From positions 53,196,001 to 53,260,000 of the forward strand of contig OZ296650.1 in assembly GCA_965655095.1 (NCBI GenBank): a stretch of 64,000 bases of DNA. The letters run 5' to 3'. Every line of letters starts with the position of its first letter. Positions within the stretch are counted from its first letter, which is position 1. Made by a program: the position numbers and the translations under genes. Positions 24,801-39,499 of this stretch are shown piece by piece. Origin of the DNA: Haplodiscus bocki. Lineage: Eukaryota. The notes beneath the pieces were generated by a model, which was given only the letters and a program-made list of their open reading frames with translations, searched no databases and was not told where the DNA came from.

Positions 24801-27800
24801 TCGTATGGATGGAGTTGATTCTGAAACTGCAGATAAATTGAAACTATTGGCAAGTTTGAACACTTGAGACTATATCAATTCTAAGGTAGTGAAAAAAAGA
24901 CTGATTTTACAACTGAACACTCCTGCAAAAAAAATCCAATAGATTTTTCGAAAGAAACCTTTCGAGAAGATGTCAGGTTTGTAGTTGCGGTGAATTATGG
25001 GTTCGAATACAGAAACAACGGAAAACAAAAAAAGGGTTTTGAGGAACGTACAGATTGTCAAGTTTCTGATGCAAGAATGGAAGCGAAATTTTTTCAAATT
25101 GAACCCTTCTTTCCAATTGTGAACTTTCCGTCTGAAACTTTGTGGAAAGGTAATATTAGTCATCTAGTTACGGAAAAAACTTGAGTCCAACAATCGATTT
25201 GAATCAAAGCGAATGGAATTGAATTTTTGGCGGTTTTCGGGCATTCAGGATTTCGATGGATAGATTTTAAGGAAATAGCAATCGAATACTTTTGCACATG
25301 TTGGAAGCTTTCAATTGAGACCTCGATGAAGTAAGTCAAGCGTGTTTTTGCGGAGGAAAACGTGTTTGAATGTTGACATAAATCTGTAAAGCTGCAGTAT
25401 CCAAGTTTGCAGACAACAAAGAGTTCGATGCAAAGATGAAAAATCTTTTCCACTCGGCTTCAATTTACAAGCGAAAAATTTTGCATAGAAAACTCGTTGA
25501 TTGAAACTCTAATCTATTGTCACTGATTTTTATGAGTTCAAGAACACAATATTTGGAAGTCTAGGGCTGTCAAGATGCTTACTCAGGTATCAAAATGAAT
25601 GCATCGTCAATTCAATTCTCCTCTTCCAGTTAAAATATTCCTGTTGAGATTTCCTTGAAGGAAATGAGACCTATAGTTACGGCGATGAACGATTCGGATT
25701 ATCGAGATGAGTCAGTCTTAAAAATTTTTTCCGGAAATTTCCAAACAGCAAGTATCGGAGGCAACGATCAAAATGCATGAAATCATTTTTGCAAATGTTT
25801 TCTTCAAAGAAATTTTTGGTGGAGACCTGGATCAGGCAAAAAAGACCTAAATTTACGAAGAAAACGTGATTTCGATAATTGGAAGAAAATAGCATTTTTG
25901 AAACATTTTTGAAATATGGAATCATTACGTTTTAATTGCAAGGAAGGAAATTAAAGAATTGCAATCATGTCTTCTTCTGCAAGCTTCACTCCTTTCTAAG
26001 AAACCGTGGTCGAAGAAAAGAGTTTTCCTCTAGTTAGAGAGAAACTTGAGTTCGATATTCGAAATTAATTAAATTTATTCCACTTTCGGGATGCCTTGGA
26101 TTATGAGGATTTTGTTAGGAAGATTTTGGAAAAAAATTCAACGGTATTTTTTTTCACGGTTTAGGATCTTCCACTTAAAGCCCTGACGCGAGACTTCAGG
26201 AGCGTAGTCACGGTTGATAATGAGTCTAAATACACTGAGTAACAAATCAAAATAGTTTGCCTTTGTTGAGTTTTTCTTCCTGTGGACATTCTCATACAAA
26301 AAACAAAAATGATTGTAGTCTAGTTGTATTATCCTCTGCAAGTCCAAAATTACGAATGGAATCTCAAATGAAGGAGCGAAGTTTGTATTTAGGGAGAAAA
26401 ATAGTTCAAATATCGAGATGAATTGGTATTATTTGCACGTTCAGGACATTTTGTACTTTGCGGGTTCCAATGCCGGGACATTTTTGACAAGTTTTAATTA
26501 GGACGGAATGCCACATGTTAGAATTTTCTGATTCGGGCCCTGATGGAATTTATCGATACAGTAGTTTTGAAGAGGTGAAAGGTTGGGAAAGCGAGAGTTT
26601 TGAACGAAGTTTGGTCTTTCTTCTAGAATCACCTTTTTATCAGAGCGCAAACGCAAGAAACAAAACCAATGGGATTTTAACGGGAAAGTATTGTTCATGT
26701 AGAAAACTTCCTTTTGAGAACTTGATCAAAGATTTGAAACTTCTATGCTTGAAAAAAAGGAGTTGAAACATCAATGAAATTTAATACCACTGGTGTTTTT
26801 TGGTATCACCTCATTTTGGGGTTCCCAAAAATGTCTCTTTTGAAAAAACATAAGTCGAAAACTTTCGTTTTTTTAACCCTGTAGAAAGAATCGTAGTGAA
26901 AACAACTGATACAAAAAATTGACCAAACTTTTGCTTTTATTACAAGATTAAAGAAACTTTTAGTTCTTTTTCGTCTTTAGGGAAAATCGAACAGTTTTAC
27001 GCAGTTTTTCAAAAACTTCCACACTCGATGATTATTTATGACGTCGATAAACGGACAGTTTTTGAAAGGAAATAGGCCACTTATGAGAATACGACAAACG
27101 TTAAACGTTGTGGAAATAAACTGTTTCTTGCTTTTGAAAACCAAGAAATTGTCGGAGAGTTTTCGGGAATCTAACAAACACGGTCGACGACAGGTTCTGA
27201 GCGAGTCCTTTCGGGCTTTTTAACCATACAAAAATGATTCAAAAACGCTAGCACTGTTCCGGTGGAATAGTTCGCGGGTCAGGAGCACCATTGGAAAAAA
27301 GAACAAACCACCAAATCAGCGTCTATCGGAATGAAGTTTTTACTTTCGAATTTTTTTATCAGACAAACAGGAAGCATTTTAAAACAAACCCATTCATACC
27401 ACCCTCTCTCAACATTTCAATCTATACACTAGTATCAATGCTCCTCGAAATGCAAGTTCAGATCTTTTTTAACCTTCGTTACGAAAACGAATTTGAAACA
27501 ACACACCTTCTGCACTAAACTTCGTCTGACGACAGCTCTGGTCCTTATACAAAAGTCTTTCAAAGGCTTAGGTCTTGAAACCCATTGCAAACTTCAATGG
27601 TTTAGATAAAAAACTCCACCATCAAAAATCAGAAGAAAATGGTTCTTTTTGGCCCACGATCACAGTCAATTTTGCATAAACCAAGTATCCCTTCTGTTCA
27701 ACTATTTTCAAAAAGATGCAGCTGCAGGATGGCAGACATTCTTCTGGAAAATTACAGAAGTGATCGCACTTCTTTTGCTCAAACATTTAGACAACGTTTT

Positions 27801-30800
27801 TACTCAGGAGAAACCTCGTACTACGCTCAAGTTGAAACTCGCACACTCATAAAAATGTCTATGAGAATGTTCGGTAGAGCGATCTTGGAATCAAAGTTTT
27901 TGTTGAAAAGGCTAGTTTAACAAAGGAACAAAAGAGTTCACCTTCCAACGACATCTTGATCGACTCTCCTCCACACCTGAGCCCTCCACATTACTTCATT
28001 CTTTCCTAACGTTACCAGATGCTGAAGACGCATCTTTCGATAAATTAAAAACCATGATTCGAATTTAGAAAACGAAAATTCAAACAAAAGTGTTTTTGAG
28101 CCCAATATTTTGATCGAGTTTGAGCAAAATTTCGCTAGTTTTCAATTTCATTCTGTTCATATATCTGAACCAAGATTCATCAAGCTTTGCAATTCTGGTC
28201 ACAAAAACCAACATTGTATTTTTCATTCTTTTAAAGCAACAACGAAACAATGCAAACCAATAACCGAAGTCAAAACTGTCCCAAGGTTCATTTGACTGAC
28301 AGACATTTTAGCGGATACTTTTTAGGCAAAGATGAATGATGGATAGTAATTCAAAAACAAAAGATTTTTCAAATCAATATCTTTTTCTCGAAACTCCAGA
28401 CATAACAATTTTTTTTAATGCAGATGCAAAATGCATCCTTTTCTGGAAATAAACCATCACAAATTCGTTCGAGAATCGATAAGTATCAAAACCTCAAACG
28501 AAACAACAAAAGCCAGTGAGGAAATTTTTATCGTTCCCGACCACGTTCAAATTCGCCTAATCGCAATAACGCTTGACGACATTTTAACAGCCAGTAAATC
28601 ATCCCCAAAACATCAACTAAAAAGCTTAAATTTTATGCCTACTCCACATAATTTTCAAAAACCCGCCATTAAAACTCCATCAACGTTTTCGATACAACTA
28701 AAGATTCAAAGTCTACGATATAAGTTATTATGTATTAATGTTTGAAGACACTAGCAATTTCACAAAATGCTCTAAGTTCATTTCAACTCCAGGTATAGTG
28801 TTCAATCATTCCTACTCTACAATCAAAGTGTTCAACTCCACCATCCAGATTTGGAAATTCATGTTATGTGGATGGCGTCGGATCTGTCTCTATAACAAGT
28901 ATCTACCCACCTGAAAACCAATTGCTAAACACTCCATGGTTCATTTTACCATACTTTTTGACGATTTATTGCGAAATTCAAAGGTTCCAGCCGTAATCAA
29001 AGTTCTGTTCAACAAGGTTTTACGTTAAATTTCATTGCAATACATTACTTTGATGTAATATTTATGCAGGATCCTTCAAATACTTTGAAATCCAGCGAGC
29101 AGTAGGTGCTATTGAAAATATCCGTCCCGGTACTGCTTATTCATAACTTCCGTTTGAGTTCTATTCAAAGCTGGCGGCTTCATTTCAAAAACATGTCGAT
29201 TCATTGCCAAAAGCTTTCAAACTAAAGACAATTTTTCAAAAAAGACTCTCCATTGTTTTGAAAAAAAGAACGTTTTCTCAAAGAAAACCGATTTCAAAAC
29301 TATGTATCCATTCGCTCCAAGCACAAGATAAGTTTTCTTTTCTCTGGATAATCATTCAAGACTTTCATTTCCAACGTATTGGCGAACAAAAAGCTTCCAT
29401 CTATACCTCATAAAATCTTCATGATTAAAGTCGACCGTTTTTCCAGTTTTCTTGATGTTTTATCTGTAAGCAAAAACCTTTTTGCTCAGTGATCTTTCAA
29501 ATTGATACTAGCACTCTTAGAACAACTCCCCAAAAACGCAGCTGAATTTTTTGGAAATCCATTATTTCCATGGAACTCGGCCCACATATTCATAAATCCC
29601 CTTAATTTTATTACCCATAAAATTCTCCAGAGTAGTCATTCCACGATTATTGAACCCATTGTGCAAACTGGACTTCGTTCATCAAACTAAAAAGGAAAAA
29701 GTGCCGATTTTGTAACCAACCACATGATTTACTTTCGGCTCGGCCAAATTCAACCAGTTTTTCTTGTTCGACCATTCACCAGTTTTGATTAAACTAAAAA
29801 TTCTCCACATTTCCGATATCCAGGTGAAAAATAGTTTTTTTAAAGATTCACTTTTTAATTTTTCGGGGTCTCTTGTGATGGAGAGTTACACTTTTCTAAA
29901 AAATTTTCAAAATTTGAGAGAAAATTATTCGACCCACAGCATTGATGTGGAGGAATTTTCCCAACCATCTAGATTTCCCTCAAAAAACGATTCATTCTTG
30001 CCTCAACAGCCAGCTAAAAATCTTCTCCTTTGGTGAGCAAAAATGAACTCTCTCCTTCAGAAAAAGAACTTCTACGGCATATTTTCGATGAACCTTTTGT
30101 ATTTGGATCTACTTTCTGTCATCCTTTTCGTGATAATTCTCACGGAGACAAAAATAAAGTTGCTGTGAAGACTCCTCAAATAAACTCAAATACTGAAGGA
30201 CCATTTGAGTCTTAACTATTGATTCTAAAGTCTGATGATTATCCAGTGCAAGATTCATGTAAAAGTCCTCGATTGATTAAGAACTAGGCAATTGCAAATG
30301 TTCTTCTTGAAATGTGGAATGCAACAACAAGATTTCCAGATGTTAATCAGTTTTGCCTCTTTTATTCGCAAAATCCAGGTTCAAAGATGTACACAGAGAA
30401 TATTTAACAAAACAAACGTTTTTTTCTTTAAATACTCAACTGCTTCAGTTTCTGCAATAACTCATTTTGAATTTATCCAACTTTTCGCACACTCGCGAGA
30501 CCACAAGTTTTATCTAGATACCGAGATGCATGATATAGGTGCGAGACAAAAAACATGAAAAAGGCCTACGATTTTTTCTGCTTTCGATTGTCAGCATCTT
30601 TTTACATGAAAAAAGCCAGACAACGATTCAACAAAACCATTATCAAAAACTAGATTCAATCGAACATAACGGGTTGCTTTGAAACTTTCCGATTCTATGG
30701 AATTTTACTCAAATTCAACGGAAAACTCCTCGTTGCAGAATTGATTTAGATCAAGACCAGATTCCATTCAAATGGAACGCTGTATTGAAGAACTCTTTCA

Positions 30801-33800
30801 ACAAAATCGAATTATCTTGGTTTGTAGACAACGAAGAAACAATACCACAAAACATAAAAGCTGTGTATATCCCAAACGATCCTTCCATTGTTGATAGCAG
30901 CTGCTATATGCTTCACTCAGACCCCAATGGTTTCAAGAAAGCGCCAAACCAAATATGAAAAATACTTTTCAGTTCCCGAGTTTTCATCAAGCGAAGTTAA
31001 ATTTGGTAAAGTTAGTGTTCTGAAAATACACTTCTCTTCTCTGTACATGTCGTTGAATTCTTCAATTTATGTTCAAAAGCTCTTATAACCATTTTTGTTC
31101 ATCACCGACCACCACCAATGTCTGCTCACTCGGTAAAATAGTCTGGAGGCCCGATTTTTTTTGGCATCAAACGCAAGTCACAATTTTCAGTGGTTTATCA
31201 TTCGAATGGACATTGGAAGAAATCCTGTTCTTTCAGACATTTTAGGAGGCAATTTTAGCACAGAAAAATTTCTGACCCGTCAGACTGAACACAATTGTTT
31301 GCTGCTTTGTTTTTTTTGCTTTTACAGACTCAACAACAAAAAAATGCCAGTAGAAAACTGATAGGAAGATAAGGAAAATAACCCGGTAACGAAATACAGA
31401 TGCAATCCGGCCTCAGACGAACTTAAAGATAACCTTACTTCAGTCTTTATCAACAACAATGTACGACAAATTTTCGATAGACTTCTTGATTCCTTCTCAT
31501 TTAAATCTGTAGTTTTGATTCAACATTGCACTAAAATATATTGAGAGAAAAGTTCAAACACTACCAAAACAATCTCCATTTTTAAAGAAACTGATAACCA
31601 AAGTAATAGCTGATTTTTTCTGAAACAAAAGCTTTAGAAATCTACAAAAATTGAAATATGTTACGACGTTGACTACACCATCGGTTCACCAATGCAAATA
31701 ATGCTACTCCTGATATCACGTTTCGCAATTTGATCGTTGTTCAAAAGCCACCTGGTGATTTTAAACCAAACCACAAAACCATAAGTTTGAATGCTATGCG
31801 AAAAATTTTCCTGAAGTCCCTCAATCTTTAACTTTTAACGTTGACACTGTCTTTGTCTGTGATAGGTCCTTTTCTTAAATTCGGAGAAAAGTTCGGAAAC
31901 AAAAAAAACAATTGTCACTCCACAAAAACGCAAACAAATCCTTCCTCACTGATTCAGTTGACACTGTGTTAAAACGGAAGACACTGTATTGAAAAAAGAC
32001 TTTTTAGGTTAACTGTTGACGCCACTCCTGATTTATCAGACCCTGTTTTTTCTGGTACTCCACATTTCGATCTGAATCTTGTAGACATTTCACCCAAAAA
32101 ACTAAAATGATCTGTTGTTATGATTTTCATTTACGAACTCTTTTGTTCTCAATAATGAAAACTTGGACAAGGTCTTCAAATTTACCCAATCACTTCTAGC
32201 TGTAACTTTAGAGTATTTTGCTTTCTGTACGTCCCATAAACACCTCAAGGAATTTATTACAAAGGTTCTGAATAAGCATATTCCAAATGTCCTTTTTCTA
32301 AGGAAAGGAAATCAACTTTTCCCGGAGATATTAAAAAGCATAAAAGTGGAACACTTTAATCTCCAACGGCAATCTGTTTCAACAAACTTTTGCTGAAGCA
32401 ACAGTCATTAAATCTTCGAATCTTCATTCATACAATGGTTCGTTTGCCATTCATAATATGTTCGCATCTCTATTCATACGTTTATTGACAACGCCAATGG
32501 TTTCAATGTTGTTGTCCCCAAAAGTGAGAACGATGGTGAAACTACCGCGCCATAAATCGATAACAACTGCAATTTTGTTATTTGGTCACCCTATAAACTT
32601 TCCCTCTGACTGGAATATGGCTTTTAATAACACAAAGTTTTGCAATTAGTTATGCACTTTTTTGACATTCTTGGGGCCGCATATGCCAAAAATCTACATT
32701 CACTAATGCATTAGACGAACTTAAAAACCAAAATCGTGGTAATCAATTAAGGGTTTCTTTCAAAATACCAATGATAAAAGGGCGTCTCCAACAATACATT
32801 TTTGCTAGGCTCATCGTTTTCAATCCTTACGCAAATTTTTCTCAGTTTGGGATTTTTTTTGCTCTTCACACATACCCTTCTTTGGATTTTGAAAACTAGG
32901 TCTAACCCGCAACTTTGAACAGTCATGTTATTTCAACTTCACATTGTTTTACCAATTCACTCATAACATGAATACTGAAACACAAAATCCATTTTCACCT
33001 CCAACGTTATCTCATTTTATTCCACGGTAAATGATAACAAAAGAAACATCTATCATTTTTGTCACTGCCTCACTCAACTTTTTTTGATCATCCTGACAAT
33101 ATGCAAGCATGCTTGCCTTTTCCATTCTCAAAGATATCATCAAGTTTCCTTTACCAAATCAAACACTACTGCATTTCATTGAAATTTCAAAGCTTTCCAT
33201 CTCTCCAGCAAAGTGATTTTTCACTGTGGGAGTCCTTTCTTCCATTGAAACAAGTAGGACGTTTTTTTTTCGGAACCAGTTTTCAAAGTGGCTCATTGTT
33301 CCGAATTCACAGCAAGCACTAAAAACCATTGAGTCGAAGAACTGAATTTTTTTCTTTATCACTAAGTTTTGTGATTCTTTTCTCTTCCATTCAAGTAGTG
33401 CATGAACCCTCTCAAATTATTGCGGTGAAAAAATTTTCCTTCCTCTTGAAAAGGAAAATGTCTTTTCGAACAACGTGAATGATAACCTGCCTACTGTGGA
33501 CGTTGGAGATGCTGAATCATTGAATTTTTCAATCCCTTCAAAACCTATGCTTCCTTTCGCCTAGAAAGACAACCTAATTGAACGCTACTAAAGCCAGGCA
33601 TATTGAAACCTCCCACAGGTTTCCCATGTAACTAACCAGAATAACCACCGCCACAACTAAAAATTTCCTAATCGGAAAATCAAGAATCCGCACTTCTTAT
33701 TTCAATAGCTTCGTAACAATTGTCGAACTTTCTTTTCAGATACAGATTTTCTTGATGCTATCCTTGACACCTGACGTATGTCAAAGAATAGGAAACCCTT

Positions 33801-34404
33801 TTAATTGTACCTTTCATTTTTCTGAGAAAACTCCAAAGAAACAGTTAACCTGGTTAACTGCCATTAACTCGACTCACTAATTATTCATGTGGAATTCTGT
33901 GTTCATGAGCGTTCATGCTACTTACGACAACCCAATCACTAGCAAACATAATTTAACGAAGCACGTAAAAGTTAATATCAGTCCTCTTAAACATTAGCTG
34001 TAACTACACCGTCCGTGCCTCACGTATTTGCAATCGAGACTTTCCAGTCCACTCTATGATTTTTACTTCAGTAGTTCAACACCAGAACCGCTATTTCGAC
34101 TACGTCTCCAGACATATATTTGTCTGAACTTTTTACACTTGTCTCCAAATTCTATGTCTGGAATCATTTCCGCAAGCTTCTAATGAAACTGCTAATGAAA
34201 CTTGCCGGAAAATGACATAACCAGATCATCCAACAATTTTAAGCGAAGCCACAAAAAGTTTTCGCTTTAGAGAATCTTCCGCTATCAAGGAATTCTGCAT
34301 TTCTCTTTCAAAAACTCTTCCGCACTCCTGTTTTGTTTCATGTTTATTCTGATACCTATAGATCCCCACGTCCATCAGATCTGAAGTCCTACTCTTGTGG
34401 GCCA

Positions 34405-34557
34405 NNNNNNNNNNNNNNNNNNNNNNNNNNNNNNNNNNNNNNNNNNNNNNNNNNNNNNNNNNNNNNNNNNNNNNNNNNNNNNNNNNNNNNNNNNNNNNNN
34501 NNNNNNNNNNNNNNNNNNNNNNNNNNNNNNNNNNNNNNNNNNNNNNNNNNNNNNNNN
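34405..34557. other. Assembly gap (153 N)
   Basis: Run of N. Confidence 1.
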
Positions 34558-37500
34558 ATATTGTTCTTCTTTCTATTTGTTTTTTTTTGTATCAGACCTC
34601 GACAATTCAGAGCTTTGCAGTAATGGAACTGGAGTAAACCATCTCTTTCAACTACACTAAATATCCAGAAATTGTGCATCAGATTTACGCCCAAATTCTG
34701 ACAGCCTGCAGCAGTCGTCCAGGTTTTCTCTTCCTTCTCGAAAATTTAATCTTTTTTCTATGAACTCATCTGTATATCAAGCTAACTACTCCTTCGTCTC
34801 GGGCGCTCCGTGCTCTAATCGAGCGAGTACAACCTTTTGCAGACGGCCTTCTTTTCATCCTATTTTTTCGTGCCAAAACCTAACTCAAACTTCATTCATG
34901 ACTTTTTTGAGGAACCCACACACCATCCTTACCATTACTTTTTCAGTCTCAAAAACCGATTCTTTCCCACGCTGCAATTGAACCTGGTTTATAATCTTAT
35001 GGCTGAAACCGAAGTTTCTAAGAGTCCTGGACTTTCTCTCACCCCTGAAACAAAAAAAACTATCACAACTATAAGAACCAAAATTAGCAAAATAAATTTG
35101 AAATCAAGCTAAGGTCCGAAGAAATTGCTCCTCACGCAAACTAAACTGCATCGAAGGCTCCACATGGAAGAACACGAGCTTCGTTTCTTGCTTCAATAGC
35201 CTTTATATTCACTTTTTTTCGAAAATCAACCACAAGAAACAAAACTGAGAATCCTGACAATTCTCAACAAGGTCTCGTTTTTCAATTATTCACTAACGAT
35301 TATGTTTCCACACTGCGACATTCAAAACTGCATATTCTGCTCTACTCTTTTCAAGTTTGATATTACCAACTCTAATGGATTCCCAATAACCTTTCGTTTC
35401 ACATCTTCAGGGCTCCGAGTGAAATATGTTGCTTTAAACAAATACACCACCTCCTTGTTGAAAGATATAAACACCATCAAGTTTTTGTTTCTTCCAAGCA
35501 CCTTCTCAATTCCATTTTTGAGAAAATTTTGACTTTGAACCAACTGAAGATACGAATTTTTCACATTTAAAACAGTCACTATACGATTCCTGTCGCCAGA
35601 TTAAAAACTTACGAGAAAGAGGTTTCACTCGTGGCAAAAAGTTTACCCAAACACAAACTCAAATTGAAAAGTTCAATCTTTTTATTCCTGTTAGAGTTGA
35701 TCGTTTTATCGTTCCGAAGTGCAAAAATAGAGTAGCTAAAGCACAAGACATCTGTTCCCAAATTTCAACATCAAATTACAAGAGAGTTCATCGTCCATGC
35801 CAATGTTTTCACTCCATGACAAATCCAAAAAGAGCTTAACCAACTGAATGCAAAAACATCAACAATCTTTTTTAAAAAGCACCAATAAAAACCAGCTTGA
35901 CCAGTACAACCATTGAAAAAAAAATCATTTACTCGATAACCGCCGATTCAACTGCACTATTGAAAAAACCCAGTGTCTTTCTCGTGTTTCCTCTTCTAAT
36001 TCTGATGTGTTGGGAAAAATCAAATTCCTGCACTTGGAACGTATTTGGATACTTGTGCCTCGAAACACTACATATTCAAAAGGCTCCCATATTGCTGAAC
36101 ACCGTGTTGATCTTGGAAGCTATTAAGTAGATTTTTGTAATTTGAGTTCAAAGTTTTTTCGAAAGAATTTGTTCTGTTCCAAGGTCGTCACAACGTTCCA
36201 TGTCTACGTTAAAAGAAGAATCCGTCGTTCCTTTCAAAAGAACAAAAGTTCTATTTTTTTCTGTTTAATGACTAATAATTCATTCGCTGCTAATGAATAT
36301 GAACAGCACAGTAATATTGAAATTGGTTACTCCAAAAGTGTTAGCACAAGATCTAAAACCGTTTTCGTGAAAACGTGTAATGTTCTGATCTTTGCGCTAA
36401 ATAATGTTTCGATGACTCAACCCCTTTTAGATCTAGTGTATCGTTCGAAATGTTCCAAATCTAACTAAAACTGCGTGAAAGAATCTTCTGCTTTTCTCAA
36501 ACCAACCGAACATCGGAGTGCCAAAGAAATCAGCACATTCACAAAAAAATTGCTGCCGTCTTTTCTAAGGCTGTAATTGATCAATTTTGCTGCCACGCCT
36601 TTCTCGCCAAAAAATATGATGTCACATTCAGTTTGCTGTGGTCAACATTCGGTTAAATTTTACGTAGCTCCTCATTTCCAGCTCAATTAAATAAAGACAT
36701 AATGAACATGCTGGCCCAACAAATCCATTTAAAACATTTTTGTGTCAGATTTCAGGATCACGTCCAAAACTTGACTCTTCAATTTACTTCCCGAAAATTT
36801 TTTCATAATTTTTTTGTCTGACTTATTGGATACCCTGTTTTTTGACACAATGTGGCTTTTTCTCGGCGTCATTATGTTTTTCAGTTTGTACTTCTAAAAA
36901 AATCTCCACCTGCGATTTTTCTTGAAATAAAAAAAGCCAATTAAAACAAAACGTTAACTTTGCGTTTCGCAGTATTTGCAATATTGCATTCCTCTGTGCA
37001 ATTTCTTGTTTCATTTTTCAAAAACTGCACTTTCATTGTGCTGATAATTCAAATTCGGTCTTCTGTTAAGAAAACAACAAAACCCGAGAGAAAACCAACA
37101 AAAGGGTCATTCTCTCGGTGAAATTGAAGGCGCTTGCCACAGACTTTCTGTTCTGATTTCATCAAATCTCAGCACAAAAACCTTAAAACGTTTCTGACAG
37201 TTAGAAGTACTTATTGTTAAAGCACAGTTTCTGCCTTCCAACACAAATGACATATGGTTGTTTAACGGGAGATATCCCCGTTTATCTTGAGGACCATTAT
37301 AGGTACTTGAATCAAACACTGCTACTACCGTTTGCTCGCGGCGACTACACATTACAAAACAACAAAACAAATAAATCAACCCTATAGGCGTGCAGAAACA
37401 TTTAAAGTTACATCTAACCCACTTTGCTTCCACATTGTTCAATGAAATTGCTCAAGTCGAGTAATGAAAATCTAAAAACCTGAAAAATACAGTTCGTTAC

Positions 37501-39499
37501 CTCAGACGCTCAGCAAAATCATTATTGAAATTCTCCTTCAAAAACCACTACATAAAATTTCGACAAATAAAGACCCTTCCAGAGATACGGAAAAAGCTTA
37601 TTTTTTGGAATAGCCATTAAATCTTTTTGAATATCATTTAATTAATATTTCTCAAAAGGAAAGTACACTAGTTCCATCCTCACCTCAAAGTTTCCGATTT
37701 AGGTTCGTAATTGTTCCATCGACTTCTGCTGAAAGAAAAACTTGATCTGACAAAATGCTTACTACTTCAAACACAAGCGCACTATCTCGTACGTGAAAGT
37801 CAGATTCATAAATTTGAAGTCAAACAAGATTTGGCAAAAAATTTTTCGAACGCTACTTATCCGTTTGAAATGCGAACTCTTCATTCTACAGAAAGCACAT
37901 GCGGGTCAGGTTCAAACGTTACCACCAAAGTGATCTGGAGTTTTTCAACTCACGACTGTCAACTATTAGTTTTACACAAACTTAGTTCCGACAAGAAGTC
38001 ATTATTCTGCTCTGTCCGAGGTAGTTTTTGAAAATTTCCTAAATTGACAAAAAGCGGAAATCCATCACAACACCTACAAAGTCTTTTAATGGTTGAGAAA
38101 CGCAACAAATGAGAGTTTCCCCAAGCAGAACAAAAACGAAAAAAATTCAGTTTCCACTTCTATTAAAGATATTAGAGCCAAAGCTGGCTTGGTTCACTGC
38201 ATTTTGAAACAGAGGAAAAATAACTAACTTATGGTCACTAGAAAAGTGGAACCACATATTGTTTTTACGAAAGAACATTTAAAGTTTTGCGGAGAAACAT
38301 TTTTGCCGACAAACTACGACTCGGAAAGTCAATACTGCAAATTCATTGGTACAATTCCAAATTAAACACATGTTTTACACCCTTTCACCTATTGTTGCCA
38401 AAGAAACTCATACATATGAAAATTACAGCTATTTTTTCAGAAAGCCATTGTTCAAGCACAACAGAACCGAACACTTGTCAAACCCAACAACTCTGCAAGA
38501 TGGCAACCATTTTTTTCGTCAGCGGCTGACGGCCTATCACTGGCTCCTAACGAACTGAAATTCTTGCGACCACAACTAGATTGCTTTTTTTTGAAGGCCA
38601 TGAAAAAATTCGCGAAGGGTGCCTCTTGGTGTGTAAGAAGAACGATAAGAGACTTATTGCAGTGAGCAATCTCCTAGCACACGAGGGGACTGCAAGATGA
38701 ATTCACGACTTCGTTAACAGACACAAAATTGGGGTAGTAAAACATGATGCCTTCAGTCCCTGTGCTACCGTGATATTGTCAGCTTCCGTTCATACAGTTT
38801 TTTAGAGAAAGTGGGAGAAGCATAGTTGATGTCCAATGAAGAATTTGTTCTTTGCAGCTAGTTACCCGTGATTTGATTCAACGGTGAAAAGAAAAAGACT
38901 AAGAAGTATGGAATGTTAAAATACTATATTCTAAATTGATGCTATTTTCTCGTGGTCAAGACACATCTCAATAACTATTGATTGTTGAGTGTGTAGAGTT
39001 CGTTGTTAGTGTGTGTCCAGTAACTGGCACTTATTGTTCATTTGATCGGCAATTTATTCATTCCATCGAAATTCAGACATGTGATAACCAAAAAGTGTTC
39101 ACACGTCATTTTTTTCAGAGGGCAGCGATAGTCGAATCAGCTTTACTTCTTTAAATAATTGTTGCTCTTAATACGCTGTGATTCGATGAAGCTAAGCACG
39201 AAAATCAACTTTGTTCAATTATAGTGATATTTGAGACAACAAAACAGTCATCAACTTGACTGAGCAAAATGAGCAACTCTACGAAAAATGTGCCGTGAAG
39301 TTTCAAAAATGGTTCACAGTAACTTTCGACGAACTAAAAATAAACCACAGAAGACCAATTGCGAATTGTTTTGAAATGCTTTTTACTGCTGTCGCATGAT
39401 GCATAATGCTGGCATCACATAAACTACATCTTGTTATAAAGTTCTTCATTTTTTTACGAACTTCGCACTGTCCTCAGAAGATTGTTTTTATTTCACTCG

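Larger units (their letters stand above)
22550..38550. mobile_element. Decayed gene-dense block, candidate endogenous large DNA virus or giant element
   Basis: Kb-scale strand-biased composition suggests minus-coding ~22.55-23.1 kb, plus-coding ~23.5-26.8 kb and minus-coding ~27-38.5 kb. No retroelement motifs recognised. Contains the UL9-like relic. Boundaries are approximate. Confidence 0.4.

Noticed and set aside
28580-28730. Minus-strand YIVDFESL ... FGDDLLAV, resembling DNA polymerase B motifs A and C
   Set aside because: The motifs are only ~35 codons apart, far too close, and no convincing motif B is present. Worth rechecking only on a consensus.
34333-34694. ORFs spanning the N run
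   Set aside because: Artefacts of the assembly gap.
38600-39300. Expected 3' LTR of the env-Gypsy element, pairing with ~50100-50400
   Set aside because: No similarity between the two regions is visible by eye, so LTRs are not annotated.
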